Shown here: positions 1-8,868 of the stretch, piece by piece
Position numbering within the stretch: position 1 is the first letter of the stretch
How the letters are laid out: each line of letters starts with the position of its first letter
Source of the DNA: an uncultured Thermococci archaeon
GTDB lineage: Archaea > Methanobacteriota_B > Thermococci > Thermococcales > Thermococcaceae
Assembly (NCBI GenBank): GCA_964487115.1
Contig: CAZAPD010000121.1
Coordinates: 1 to 26,213 of the forward strand
DNA length: 26,213 nt
Direction of reading: 5' to 3'
Program-made: the position numbers and the translations under genes
The notes under the pieces: generated by a model
The model's input: only the letters and a program-made list of their open reading frames with translations
The model's database searches: none
Told to the model about the DNA's origin: nothing

Positions 1-682
1 CAACGGTAACTCTAAAATCTTTTTATGAACAAATTCCTTTACGTAGATTCTTTTAGGAAGACCACCATAAAAGTCCTTTTCGTATATGTGAATTGTCTTT
101 TCATCTTTCTTTCTCTCTTCTATGTAGTTGTAGAAGTACTGATAAGCGCTATCGAGCTTTTCACGAATTTCGTCACTATATTCGTAAATGGCTTCGACAA
201 CTTCGATGGAAAACATTACTACCGCCATTGCAAGGAGTGCATAAAGTGCGGTTAAAACCCATTCACCTACTACAAAAACTGGAATGAACATGACAGCCAT
301 AGCCGATGGGACGAACACACTAGTACCCGTGGACATCGCGGTTCCCATTGATTTCATCGAAAGCAGTAATGGATGTTCGTTTGACCAAGTTGAATGTGCC
401 AAACCCTGCGTGGATGTGGCAGATTTAACGTTAATGGCAGAACCGTCCACGAACTCTTCAGGAGAAATATGACTCTCAATAAATGCCTTAACTCCCTCTG
501 GTGTGTTCAAACTGGAGTTATCGGTTATAACGAGCTTCACTGGGACCCCATAAATCTCGATTTCATACACCCTTATTCCCGCGGTTGTCTGCTGAATCGC
601 ATCCTTGGTGGCGAGTGCGGGCTGTAGAACTAACCCGAATACTTACTAAGATTGAAATAATCAGTTCAACAACTCTTCTCAC
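1..682 (-). pseudogene. Secreted/membrane-associated hypothetical protein, frameshifted within its signal peptide; 3' part runs off the window edge
   Basis: The minus-strand frame 642->1 is open for 214 codons (VFGLVLQPALATKDAIQQTTAGIRVYEIEIYGVPVKLVITDNSS...GEWVLTALYALLAMAVVMFSIEVVEAIYEYSDEIREKLDSAYQY...). In that frame it is preceded by TAG TAA. A GTG start at 682 in the adjacent frame gives MRRVVELIISILV. Removing one base near 643 joins them into a typical signal peptide, MRRVVELIISILVVFGLVLQPALA. A TATA box lies just upstream. Could also be a sequencing indel. Confidence 0.7.
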
Positions 683-697
683 TCACATCACTGAGAA

Positions 698-750
698 AAA
701 AATCTAACGACAAATTTATAAATTTTACTCGGTAGAAACAAAAATCTAAC
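698..750 (-). promoter_or_regulatory. Promoter of the left-edge gene: TATA box within the palindrome AAATTTATAAATTT (712-725), flanked by 11-bp direct repeats AAAAATCTAAC (698-708, 740-750)
   Basis: Minus strand reads GTAAAA-TTTATAAA (BRE-TATA) about 33 nt upstream of the GTG at 682. The repeats were read directly. Confidence 0.55.
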
Positions 751-777
751 CAGACACTTGAAAGAAAGATAGAAAGC

Positions 778-2466
778 TCAGAATATCAGTGGTGCCCTGT
801 ACTCGCCCCAGACTTCTCTCAAAACATCTGTAACTTCACCTAGAGTTGCCAGGTGCCTGTGGACCTCGATGATGTAGGGCATAAGGTTCTCGTCCTCGGT
901 TTCAGCAGCCTTTCTGAGCTTGTTCAAAGCTTCTTCAACTTTCTTGTTGTCTCTCTCGCTCCTGAGCTTCTTGAGCCTATCGATCTGCTTCTCCCTAATG
1001 CTCGGGTCGACCTTAAGAATCTCGACATCGAGCGGCTCATCAACTATGAACTCGTTGACGCCGACGATGATGCGCTTCTTCTCCTCGACCTCCTTCTGGA
1101 ACTTATAAGCTGACTCCGCTATCTCTTTCTGGATGTAGCCGCGCTCAATCGCCCTCATCATTCCGCCCATCTTCTGAATCTTCTCGATGTACTTGAGGGC
1201 CTCCTCGTATATGTGGTCGGTGAGCCACTCGATGTAATAGCTGCCTCCGAGTGGGTCTATGGTGTCCACAACGCCGCTCTCGTAGGCGATTATCTGCTGG
1301 GTTCTGAGGGCTATCCTGACGCTCTTCTCGGTGGGCAGGCTCAGAGCCTCGTCGTAGGAGTTGGTGTGCAGGCTCTGCGTCCCGCCGAGAACCGCCGCGA
1401 GGGCCTGGATGGCAACTCTCACTATGTTGTTCTCCGGCTGCTGGGCGGTTAGGGTTGAACCAGCTGTCTGGGTGTGGAAGCGCAGGAGCATTGAGCGCGG
1501 GTTCTTGGCGTTGAACCACTCCTTCATTATATACGCCCAGAGCCTCCTCGCTGCCCTGAACTTGGCGATCTCTTCCAAGAAGTTGTTGTGAGCGTTGAAG
1601 AAGAAGCTCAACCTTCCGGCGAATTTGTCAACGTCCATTCCGCGCTCTATGACGGCTTTAACGTACTCGATACCGTCGGCGAGGGTGAAAGCGACCTCCT
1701 GAACAGCGTTTGCACCCGCCTCACGGATGTGGTAGCCGCTTATGCTTATCGGGTTCCACTTGGGGACGTTCTCGGCGCAGTACATTATGATGTCGGTCGT
1801 AAGGCGCATGCTCGGCTGCGGCGGGAAGATGTAGGTGCCGCGCGCTATGTACTCCTTGAGGATGTCGTTCTGAACGGTTCCGCGGAGCTGGTTCGGAGCA
1901 ACGCCCTGCTCTTCAGCCACAAGGATATACATGGAGAGGAGGTTAGCGGCGGTCGAGTTGATTGTCATTGAGGTGGAGACCTTGTCAAGCGGGATTCCGT
2001 CGAAGAGAATTCTCATGTCCCAGAGGGAGTCTATGGCGACTCCAACCTTTCCGACCTCACCCTCACTCATCGGGTGGTCTGAGTCGTAGCCTATCTGGGT
2101 CGGCAGGTCGAAGGCGACACTCAAACCGGTCTGTCCCTGGCTGAGTAAATATTTGTAACGCTTGTTTGATTCTTCAGCTGTTCCAAACCCTGCATACTGT
2201 CTCATTGTCCAGAACCTTCCACGGTACATAGTTCCATAAACTCCTCTTGTGAAGGGATATTGACCAGGAAAGCCAAGTTCTTCAAGGTAATCCCAGTCTT
2301 CACCAAGGTCAGCAGGAGTGTAAACGCGTTTAATCTCAAAACCGTCATCAGTCATGAATTTTTTCTTTCTTTCTGGCCTCTTTGCGATGAGGGGCTTTAC
2401 TACTTTCTCATTCCACTCTTCCTCAGCCTTTCTAATCTCCTCAAGCTTTTTCTTATCGAAGGTCAT
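778..2466 (-). CDS. Methylmalonyl-CoA mutase (acyl-CoA mutase), large substrate-binding subunit
   Basis: Motifs [50 protein letters not shown] and HTNSYDEA are present. There is no C-terminal B12-binding domain (split archaeal form). Start placed at ATG 2466 (MTFDKK), downstream of a GGTGG RBS. Confidence 0.95.
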   Translation of the reverse strand: MTFDKKKLEEIRKAEEEWNEKVVKPLIAKRPERKKKFMTDDGFEIKRVYTPADLGEDWDYLEELGFPGQYPFTRGVYGTMYRGRFWTMRQYAGFGTAEESNKRYKYLLSQGQTGLSVAFDLPTQIGYDSDHPMSEGEVGKVGVAIDSLWDMRILFDGIPLDKVSTSMTINSTAANLLSMYILVAEEQGVAPNQLRGTVQNDILKEYIARGTYIFPPQPSMRLTTDIIMYCAENVPKWNPISISGYHIREAGANAVQEVAFTLADGIEYVKAVIERGMDVDKFAGRLSFFFNAHNNFLEEIAKFRAARRLWAYIMKEWFNAKNPRSMLLRFHTQTAGSTLTAQQPENNIVRVAIQALAAVLGGTQSLHTNSYDEALSLPTEKSVRIALRTQQIIAYESGVVDTIDPLGGSYYIEWLTDHIYEEALKYIEKIQKMGGMMRAIERGYIQKEIAESAYKFQKEVEEKKRIIVGVNEFIVDEPLDVEILKVDPSIREKQIDRLKKLRSERDNKKVEEALNKLRKAAETEDENLMPYIIEVHRHLATLGEVTDVLREVWGEYRAPLIF

Positions 2467-2498
2467 CACTACCACCTTTTTTTATTTGGCGTGCCACC

Positions 2499-2512
2499 TA
2501 TAAAAACCTTTT
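2499..2512 (-). promoter_or_regulatory. BRE-TATA promoter of the mutase gene
   Basis: Minus strand AAAAGG-TTTTTATA, about 33 nt upstream of the start codon. Confidence 0.6.
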
Positions 2513-2553
2513 ACATAACTAAAGGTGTGGTTTGCTTTTGGATAAAATGTCCA

Positions 2554-3357
2554 TTATTCTGGGAATTCCCTTTTTGAGAGTGTAACCCATGAAATAACGA
2601 GCAGTAGGATGATTACACCACCGAAAAACAGGGCTGTGTAACTTGGATTACCTTTGAAAGCTGCAATCTGATTCAGATCAAAACTGCTTTTTAGTAAGAT
2701 TATTGTTTGATATCCGAGGGTATAACGCTCGGGATGGGTTATATATGGTATCTGGGGAATAATGAACTGTAACAGGAATACTATTCCGAAGGTTGAGAGA
2801 GATGCATATAACGGCCGGGTTACAATTACTGAAATAGCCATGGTCAGTGCCCCGAGAGATGCTAACACCAGTAATGTAGAGGCAAAAGCTAAGACCAAAT
2901 CCTGAAAACTCTTTGTAAGACCACTTATTCCCGTGTGATAAACCACGGGATTGTAAAGCCATATAATTGCATAGGGTACCAAAAACAGTATGCACATCAC
3001 GCTTGTTCCTGCAATAAATTTTCCAATCAGGATCTCACTTACTCTTACGGGTTTTGAAATAATAAGTCTTATTGTGCCTTTATCTATCTCACCGGCTAAC
3101 AGATCACTCATGAGGATTATTATGATGAACTGCCCAATTATTCCGGCCCAGTAGTTTGGAATCAAGTCGATCATTAAACTTTGAAAGGCTTTTCTCATGG
3201 CTTCTATTCCGGTTCCTTGGGGTTGTGGATTTAGAAGGTATATTACTGCCGGAAAAGCCATTATAACAAGGAGTATTTTGAATTTTATTGAATGTAACAG
3301 CCTTTTGAATTCAGTTGTGAAGATGATTAAAGAAGGATTACTTGAAGTTTCGTTCAT
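2554..3357 (-). CDS. ABC-2 type transporter permease
   Basis: About six hydrophobic segments; ABC-2 permease motif SDLLAGEIDKGTIRLIISKPVRVSEILIGKF; directly downstream of an ABC ATPase gene. Confidence 0.9.
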   Translation of the reverse strand: MNETSSNPSLIIFTTEFKRLLHSIKFKILLVIMAFPAVIYLLNPQPQGTGIEAMRKAFQSLMIDLIPNYWAGIIGQFIIIILMSDLLAGEIDKGTIRLIISKPVRVSEILIGKFIAGTSVMCILFLVPYAIIWLYNPVVYHTGISGLTKSFQDLVLAFASTLLVLASLGALTMAISVIVTRPLYASLSTFGIVFLLQFIIPQIPYITHPERYTLGYQTIILLKSSFDLNQIAAFKGNPSYTALFFGGVIILLLVISWVTLSKREFPE

Positions 3358-3364
3358 TCAAATC

Positions 3365-4291
3365 TCACCCCATATTGAAGCGTTTCATCAGTATCCTTTC
3401 AAGAGGGCTGGTATGCGGTCTAAATAATCTTAATTCCAGCTCTTCTTTGGTTATAATCGCAGGGAGTTCCTTAAAAAATTGTTCTGAAAAACGTTCGTCG
3501 AGTTTTACCCTTAAAATTCCTTCTTCTTCCCATACTTCCTTTATATAGAGCTTATCCATAAGAAACCCCATTAATTTTTTGTTATCTGAGACGATTATAT
3601 CATAATCATCGCCTTCTACCTTAGCTAATTCGCTAACTTTTCCCTGTTCTATAAGCCTGCCATCCTTTATCAGCCCTACATAATTACACATTCTCTCTAT
3701 TTCACTTACAATATGTGAGCTTATGAAAACCGTTTTCCCGGCTTTTGCTAATTCCAGGATTTTTCCTATAAATTCCATCCTTCCAAGAGGATCAAGGTTG
3801 CTTGTTGGTTCGTCTAAAATTAGAAGTTCGGGATTTCCGAGCAGAGAAACAGCAAATGTAACGCGCTGTTTTTGGCCGCTGGAGAGTTCTTTTATTTTAT
3901 TAAAGGCGAGCTTACCCACACCGGTGTATGCCATCATTTCCCTCACTTGCTCCACAGCCTTGTTTTTTGGAAGACCGAGAAGACGTCCCATATAAGTTAA
4001 GAACTCAAAGATTGTCATGTCGTCATACGCCAGAGGTTTTTCAGGCATGTAACCAACTTTTTTCATAATTTCAACCCGATCTTTTGGCATTTCAAGACCA
4101 AAAATCCTAATTTCCCCGTAGGTTGGCCTAAGAGCTCCGGTGAGCATTTTTATTGTGGTGGTTTTTCCAGCCCCATTTGGGCCGAGAAATCCATAAACAG
4201 CACCTTTTGGGACCTGAAGGTTGAGGTGGTAAACCACATTAACTTTTCCAAAGAATTTTGTTAGATTGCTGGTCTCAATTATGCTGGGCAT
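3365..4291 (-). CDS. ABC-2 type transporter ATP-binding protein
   Basis: Walker A GPNGAGKTT, signature LSSGQKQR, Walker B LLILDEPT, H-loop SSH. Confidence 0.95.
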   Translation of the reverse strand: MPSIIETSNLTKFFGKVNVVYHLNLQVPKGAVYGFLGPNGAGKTTTIKMLTGALRPTYGEIRIFGLEMPKDRVEIMKKVGYMPEKPLAYDDMTIFEFLTYMGRLLGLPKNKAVEQVREMMAYTGVGKLAFNKIKELSSGQKQRVTFAVSLLGNPELLILDEPTSNLDPLGRMEFIGKILELAKAGKTVFISSHIVSEIERMCNYVGLIKDGRLIEQGKVSELAKVEGDDYDIIVSDNKKLMGFLMDKLYIKEVWEEEGILRVKLDERFSEQFFKELPAIITKEELELRLFRPHTSPLERILMKRFNMG

Positions 4292-4351
4292 CTTAACACC
4301 AAGATATAAATCGAAGTGAATGCATAAAAAGTTTTTGAGATAGTAACTTTT

Positions 4352-5209
4352 ATGCTGATAAATGGTATTGGACTTGATAGTTCAGCAAAAGTAACATTTC
4401 AGAGCCATGCACATACAGACCACTTCGTCACTGGGGAGGTCATCTACTCCACTAAGGCAACTAAATTCCTCAGCCATCTCAGAAAGGGTGGCTTTTATCG
4501 AGAGGTAAATTTCGGAAAAACTTTCTATCTTGGTGAATATCGGGCAAAACTTTATCCCGCAGGCCACATGCTTGGATCAGCAGGAATAAAGCTCTGGCTT
4601 GATACCGGAACGGCCTTCTATACAGGTGATACCAAGTGGTTCAAGCTGAGGACGGCAGAGAAGAGCTGTTTTCCAAGAGCTAACGTTCTCATAATCGAGG
4701 CAACTTTTGGAGTTCCAAGCTTCACCTTTCCTTCACCAAAGGAAGCTGAGAAAAAATTGATAGCATTTATTGAAGAAGCTCTCGAAAGAGGTAGAAAACC
4801 TACCCTCTACGTCAACCAGATGGGAAAGGCTCAAGAAGTCATTAAGATTCTGGATGTGCATGGATACACCGTCAGAACTTCCAGAGATGTTATTAAGGTT
4901 GCAAAGGTTTATGAAAAGTTCGGAATAAAATTCGATAATATTTCTCAGGATGGAGATGTGGTTTTGTATTCCTGCCGCTCGCTAAAAATTGAAAATTCTA
5001 TTTCACCATGGGAACTTACAGTTTCAGGCTTTGGCCAGCTTAAGCTCAGTAACCATGCTGATTTCTGGGAGCTGATGAGGATAGTTGAGAAAGTAAGACC
5101 GGAAAGAATCTTCACAGTCTATGGCTGTTCACAGGAGTTTGCAAGGATTCTGGAAGGCCTTGGGTATAGGGCTGATTCTATAGCCCCGGATTCATATTTA
5201 AATCTTTAA
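4352..5209 (+). CDS. MBL-fold metallo-hydrolase, beta-CASP-like exonuclease
   Basis: Motifs SHAHTDH, AGHMLGS, YTGD, IEATFG and C-terminal SNHAD match the beta-CASP nuclease motif series. Confidence 0.85.
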   Translation: MLINGIGLDSSAKVTFQSHAHTDHFVTGEVIYSTKATKFLSHLRKGGFYREVNFGKTFYLGEYRAKLYPAGHMLGSAGIKLWLDTGTAFYTGDTKWFKLRTAEKSCFPRANVLIIEATFGVPSFTFPSPKEAEKKLIAFIEEALERGRKPTLYVNQMGKAQEVIKILDVHGYTVRTSRDVIKVAKVYEKFGIKFDNISQDGDVVLYSCRSLKIENSISPWELTVSGFGQLKLSNHADFWELMRIVEKVRPERIFTVYGCSQEFARILEGLGYRADSIAPDSYLNL

Positions 5210-5269
5210 TCGAGATTATGGATTATCACCAAAAATTTGCAGATTTTAATAACTTGATCATAATAAAAT

Positions 5270-5284
5270 CGAAAACTTTATAAA
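5270..5284 (+). promoter_or_regulatory. BRE-TATA promoter of hsp20(-cdc48)
   Basis: CGAAAAC-TTTATAAA, 50 nt upstream of the hsp20 ATG. Confidence 0.8.
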
Positions 5285-5293
5285 CCTCAATTT

Positions 5294-5317
5294 TTTAGTA
5301 ACTACTGGTAACCAAAA
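5294..5317 (+). promoter_or_regulatory. Phr heat-shock repressor operator
   Basis: TTTAgtaACtactgGTaAccAAAA matches the Pyrococcus Phr consensus TTTAnnnACnnnnnGTnAnnAAAA at every defined position. It overlaps the expected transcription start of hsp20, a known Phr target. Confidence 0.85.
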
Positions 5318-5333
5318 TATGGAGGTGGGAGGC

Positions 5334-5828
5334 ATGGTCTGGAGGAAGGAGAGAAGATGGGATATATGGGACCCCTTTGACATAATGAGGGAAATCCAAG
5401 AGGAGATCGACAGCATCTTCAATGATTTCTTCCGTGGACCAAGACTCTGGTCATACAGAAGACCGGGAATGGAGTTCGAAGAGAGGGGGGTCTGGAGAGA
5501 ACCCTTTGTCGATATCTTTGACAGCGGAAATGAGTTTGTAATAACTGCAGAGCTTCCGGGAGTTAGAAAGGAAGATATAAAGGTCAGGGTCACAGAGGAC
5601 GCAGTCTACATTGAGGCTCAGGTCAGGAGAGAAAAAGAGCTTGAAAAGGAAGGCGCAATAAGAGTTGAGAGATACTACAGTGGTTATCGCAGAGTAATCA
5701 GCTTGCCAGAGGAAGTTATCCCAGAGAAAGCCAAAGCCAAGTACAATAATGGCGTACTTGAAATTAGGATTCCAAAGAAGCATCCGACAAAGAAAGGTGG
5801 AGAAGGATTTGAGGTGAAGATTGACTAA
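5334..5828 (+). CDS. hsp20: Small heat shock protein, Hsp20/alpha-crystallin family
   Basis: WDPF N-terminal motif, alpha-crystallin core (AELPGV...AKYNNGVLEIRIPK) and C-terminal VKI (IXI-type) motif. ATG 5334 follows a GGAGGTGG RBS. Confidence 0.95.
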   Translation: MVWRKERRWDIWDPFDIMREIQEEIDSIFNDFFRGPRLWSYRRPGMEFEERGVWREPFVDIFDSGNEFVITAELPGVRKEDIKVRVTEDAVYIEAQVRREKELEKEGAIRVERYYSGYRRVISLPEEVIPEKAKAKYNNGVLEIRIPKKHPTKKGGEGFEVKID

Positions 5829-5921
5829 AGCTTTTCCATACTTTCGATTTTCCCGTTTTTGGGTTTGGTTTGCTCTATAAGATAAAATCAGTCAAAATCA
5901 AGATCATTGGGGGTGGTATAA

Positions 5922-8312
5922 ATGGTTGATAGGAAGGAAATTAAACTCAAAGTAGCATCTGCCTATCAGAGGGACGTAGGTAGAGGAATCGTGAGAATTG
6001 ACAGAAAAGCCATGCGTGAAATTGGTGTTCAACCCGGTGATATAGTTGAGATAATAGGCACCAAGAACACGGCTGCAGTTGTCTGGCCAGCCTATCCGGA
6101 GGATGAAGGACTTTCACTTATAAGGATGGATGGGACCATCAGGAAGAATTCAGGAGTTGGACTTGGAGACGAGGTTACAGTAAGGAAGGCTGAAGTGAAG
6201 GAGGCCAAGAAGGTAATCCTCGCTCCGACAGAACCCATAAGATTTGGTCATGACTTCGTTGAATGGTTGCATTCAAGGCTCATTGGAAGGCCCGTAGTTA
6301 GAGGGGATTACGTGAAAATCGGAATCCTCGGTCAGGAGTTAACCTTCGTTGTCACCGCTACAACTCCAGCTGGTATAGTTCAGATTACAGACTTCACAGA
6401 CTTCACGGTGAGCGAAAAACCGGTTAAGGAAGTGACCAAAAGGGCAGTTCTTGGAGTTACCTATGAAGACATTGGTGGCCTTAAAGAGGAAATCCAGAAA
6501 ATCAGAGAGATGATAGAGCTTCCGCTCAAACATCCAGAGATATTCGAAAAGTTAGGCATTGAACCTCCTAAGGGTGTTCTGCTTTACGGTCCGCCGGGGA
6601 CTGGTAAGACTCTGCTGGCCAAGGCTGTTGCTAACGAGGCTAATGCCCACTTCATAGCAATAAACGGCCCGGAGATAATGAGCAAGTATTATGGTGAGAG
6701 TGAGGAGCGTTTAAGAGATGTCTTCAGAGAGGCAGAAGAAAATGCTCCGAGTATAATTTTCATTGATGAGATTGATGCAATTGCTCCCAAGAGGGAGGAA
6801 GTTACTGGAGAAGTTGAAAAAAGAGTCGTAAGCCAGTTATTAACCCTCATGGACGGTCTAAAGAGCAGAGGAAAAGTCATAGTAATAGCTGCGACCAACA
6901 GGCCTGATGCAGTCGACCCGGCTTTGAGGAGACCTGGAAGGTTTGACAGGGAGATAGAGATAGGAGTCCCCGACAGACAGGGAAGGAAGGAGATACTTCA
7001 AATACACACAAGAGGAATGCCCATCGAACCTGAATTCAGAAAAAGCAGGGTAAGAAATATCCTTGAGAACCTGAGAGGAGACGAGAGATTCAGAAATGTT
7101 ATAGATAAGGCAGTAGAAAAAGTCGAAAAGGCTGAGAATGAGGATGATATCAGGAAGATACTGAGAGAACTCGATGAAAGGCTTTATGATGAGGTGAAGC
7201 ACCGTCTGATTGATGACCTCCTCGAAGAGTTTGCAGAGAAGACCCATGGCTTTGTTGGTGCCGATTTAGCTGCATTAGCAAGGGAAGCTGCAATGGCGGC
7301 CCTTAGAAGGCTTATCAAGAGCGGCAGGATAGACTTTGAGGCAGAGAGCATACCCAAGGAAGTTCTTGAGGAGCTCAAAGTTACGAGGAAGGATTTCTAT
7401 GAGGCTCTTAAGATGGTTGAACCATCGGCGCTGAGGGAAGTCCTCCTTGAAGTTCCGAACGTGCACTGGGAAGACATAGGAGGCCTTGAGGATGTCAAGG
7501 AACAGCTGAGAGAGGCAGTTGAATGGCCGCTTAAGTATCCTGAAGCTTTCCTTGGACTCGGCATAAACCCACCGAAGGGAATCCTACTATTTGGACCGCC
7601 GGGGACTGGTAAGACTCTGCTGGCCAAGGCTGTCGCTACTGAGAGTGAGGCTAACTTTATTGGGATTAGGGGGCCTGAAGTTCTCTCAAAATGGGTGGGA
7701 GAAAGCGAGAAAAACATTCGTGAAATTTTCAGGAAGGCGAGACAGGCTGCTCCAACTGTAGTATTCATAGATGAAATCGATGCTATAGCCCCACGCAGGG
7801 GAACTGACGTCAACCGCGTTACAGACAGACTTATAAATCAGCTCCTGACAGAGATGGATGGCATAGAAGAGAACAGTGGAGTTGTTGTCATAGCTGCGAC
7901 CAACAGGCCGGACATCCTCGATCCCGCCTTACTCAGACCCGGAAGATTCGACAGGTTGATTCTCGTTCCAGCACCAGATGAAAAAGCGAGGCTTGAGATA
8001 TTCAACGTCCACACAAGGAATATGCCACTTGCAGAGGAGGTTAAGCTTGAAGAGCTCGCTAAAAAGACCGAAGGTTATACAGGAGCTGACATTGAAGCCG
8101 TGTGCAGAGAGGCGGCAATGGCGGCTATGAGGAGAGCACTCAGAGAAGGCATTCTCAGACCAGGAATGAAGATGGATGAGGTAAGGCAGAAAATCAGGGT
8201 AACCATGGAGGACTTCGAGGAAGCTCTGAAGAAAATAGGTCCGAGTGTGAACGAGGAAACGGTTGAATACTACAGGAGAGTTGCGGAGCAGTTCAAGCAG
8301 GCGAGAGCATGA
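5922..8312 (+). CDS. cdc48: CDC48/VAT/p97 family AAA+ ATPase
   Basis: N-domain ([10 protein letters not shown]) and two AAA modules, each with [25 protein letters not shown] and [17 protein letters not shown]. Downstream of hsp20. Confidence 0.97.
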   Translation: MVDRKEIKLKVASAYQRDVGRGIVRIDRKAMREIGVQPGDIVEIIGTKNTAAVVWPAYPEDEGLSLIRMDGTIRKNSGVGLGDEVTVRKAEVKEAKKVILAPTEPIRFGHDFVEWLHSRLIGRPVVRGDYVKIGILGQELTFVVTATTPAGIVQITDFTDFTVSEKPVKEVTKRAVLGVTYEDIGGLKEEIQKIREMIELPLKHPEIFEKLGIEPPKGVLLYGPPGTGKTLLAKAVANEANAHFIAINGPEIMSKYYGESEERLRDVFREAEENAPSIIFIDEIDAIAPKREEVTGEVEKRVVSQLLTLMDGLKSRGKVIVIAATNRPDAVDPALRRPGRFDREIEIGVPDRQGRKEILQIHTRGMPIEPEFRKSRVRNILENLRGDERFRNVIDKAVEKVEKAENEDDIRKILRELDERLYDEVKHRLIDDLLEEFAEKTHGFVGADLAALAREAAMAALRRLIKSGRIDFEAESIPKEVLEELKVTRKDFYEALKMVEPSALREVLLEVPNVHWEDIGGLEDVKEQLREAVEWPLKYPEAFLGLGINPPKGILLFGPPGTGKTLLAKAVATESEANFIGIRGPEVLSKWVGESEKNIREIFRKARQAAPTVVFIDEIDAIAPRRGTDVNRVTDRLINQLLTEMDGIEENSGVVVIAATNRPDILDPALLRPGRFDRLILVPAPDEKARLEIFNVHTRNMPLAEEVKLEELAKKTEGYTGADIEAVCREAAMAAMRRALREGILRPGMKMDEVRQKIRVTMEDFEEALKKIGPSVNEETVEYYRRVAEQFKQARA

Positions 8313-8361
8313 GCCCGCTACCTTTTTATTTATTTTCCTGAATCTTTTTTTGGTGAGCAAT

Positions 8362-8868
8362 TTGGATCGGATAAGAAAAATTGCAATAGGCTATATAATC
8401 GCGCTACTTTTAATGGTCATGGTTTATCCTCTAATGGTTGTAGGTTTGCTGATTCTCAGAAGAGTATTCGAGAATGCTGACAGAAGAACCCTCATGAGGA
8501 ATATAACCTATTCACTGTTTGCATTCACCGCTTCCCTGCCCTTTTGGATTGCCAAGGTATTTCTTGGGATATCCAGCTATCACAAAGTGCTTGGCGTAAC
8601 TCCTATAGATGCCAGTCCCCTGGTCTACAATGGAATCCATGCCATATTTCTAATCCTTCAGTTTCTATCCCTCTACTTTATATTCCTAACCCTGAGGGAG
8701 CTTACCCATCTGCTGAATGAGTCTTATCTTAGAACTTCTGGTACCCTGCTGATGCTGGCTGTACCAATGCATCTCATCTCCATCCAGCTTTACTTTGCCG
8801 TTACTTATACTGCAATTGCACTCCTGACTTTCTCATTCTTCAGAATCAGACAGTCGGCGGTGGTATAA
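8362..8868 (+). CDS. Hypothetical integral membrane protein (about 5 TM segments)
   Basis: Hydrophobic ORF. Probable start is TTG 8362, after GGTGA (8352-8356). Its stop abuts the gpmA ATG. Confidence 0.75.
   Translation: MDRIRKIAIGYIIALLLMVMVYPLMVVGLLILRRVFENADRRTLMRNITYSLFAFTASLPFWIAKVFLGISSYHKVLGVTPIDASPLVYNGIHAIFLILQFLSLYFIFLTLRELTHLLNESYLRTSGTLLMLAVPMHLISIQLYFAVTYTAIALLTFSFFRIRQSAVV

Noticed and set aside
25..627. Four short plus-strand ORFs at the left edge
   Set aside because: They are antisense shadows of the minus-strand gene, with no RBS or recognisable motifs.
853..2144. Many overlapping ORFs in other frames or antisense within the mutase gene
   Set aside because: Expected by-product of the high-GC3 tract, which has few stop codons in other frames.
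7023..7220. ~65-aa charged helical insertion in Cdc48 D1 ([18 protein letters not shown]...HRLIDDL), considered as a mini-intein
   Set aside because: No N-terminal Cys/Ser or C-terminal His-Asn splice motifs. As I recall, a helical insert at this position is usual in Thermococcales Cdc48.
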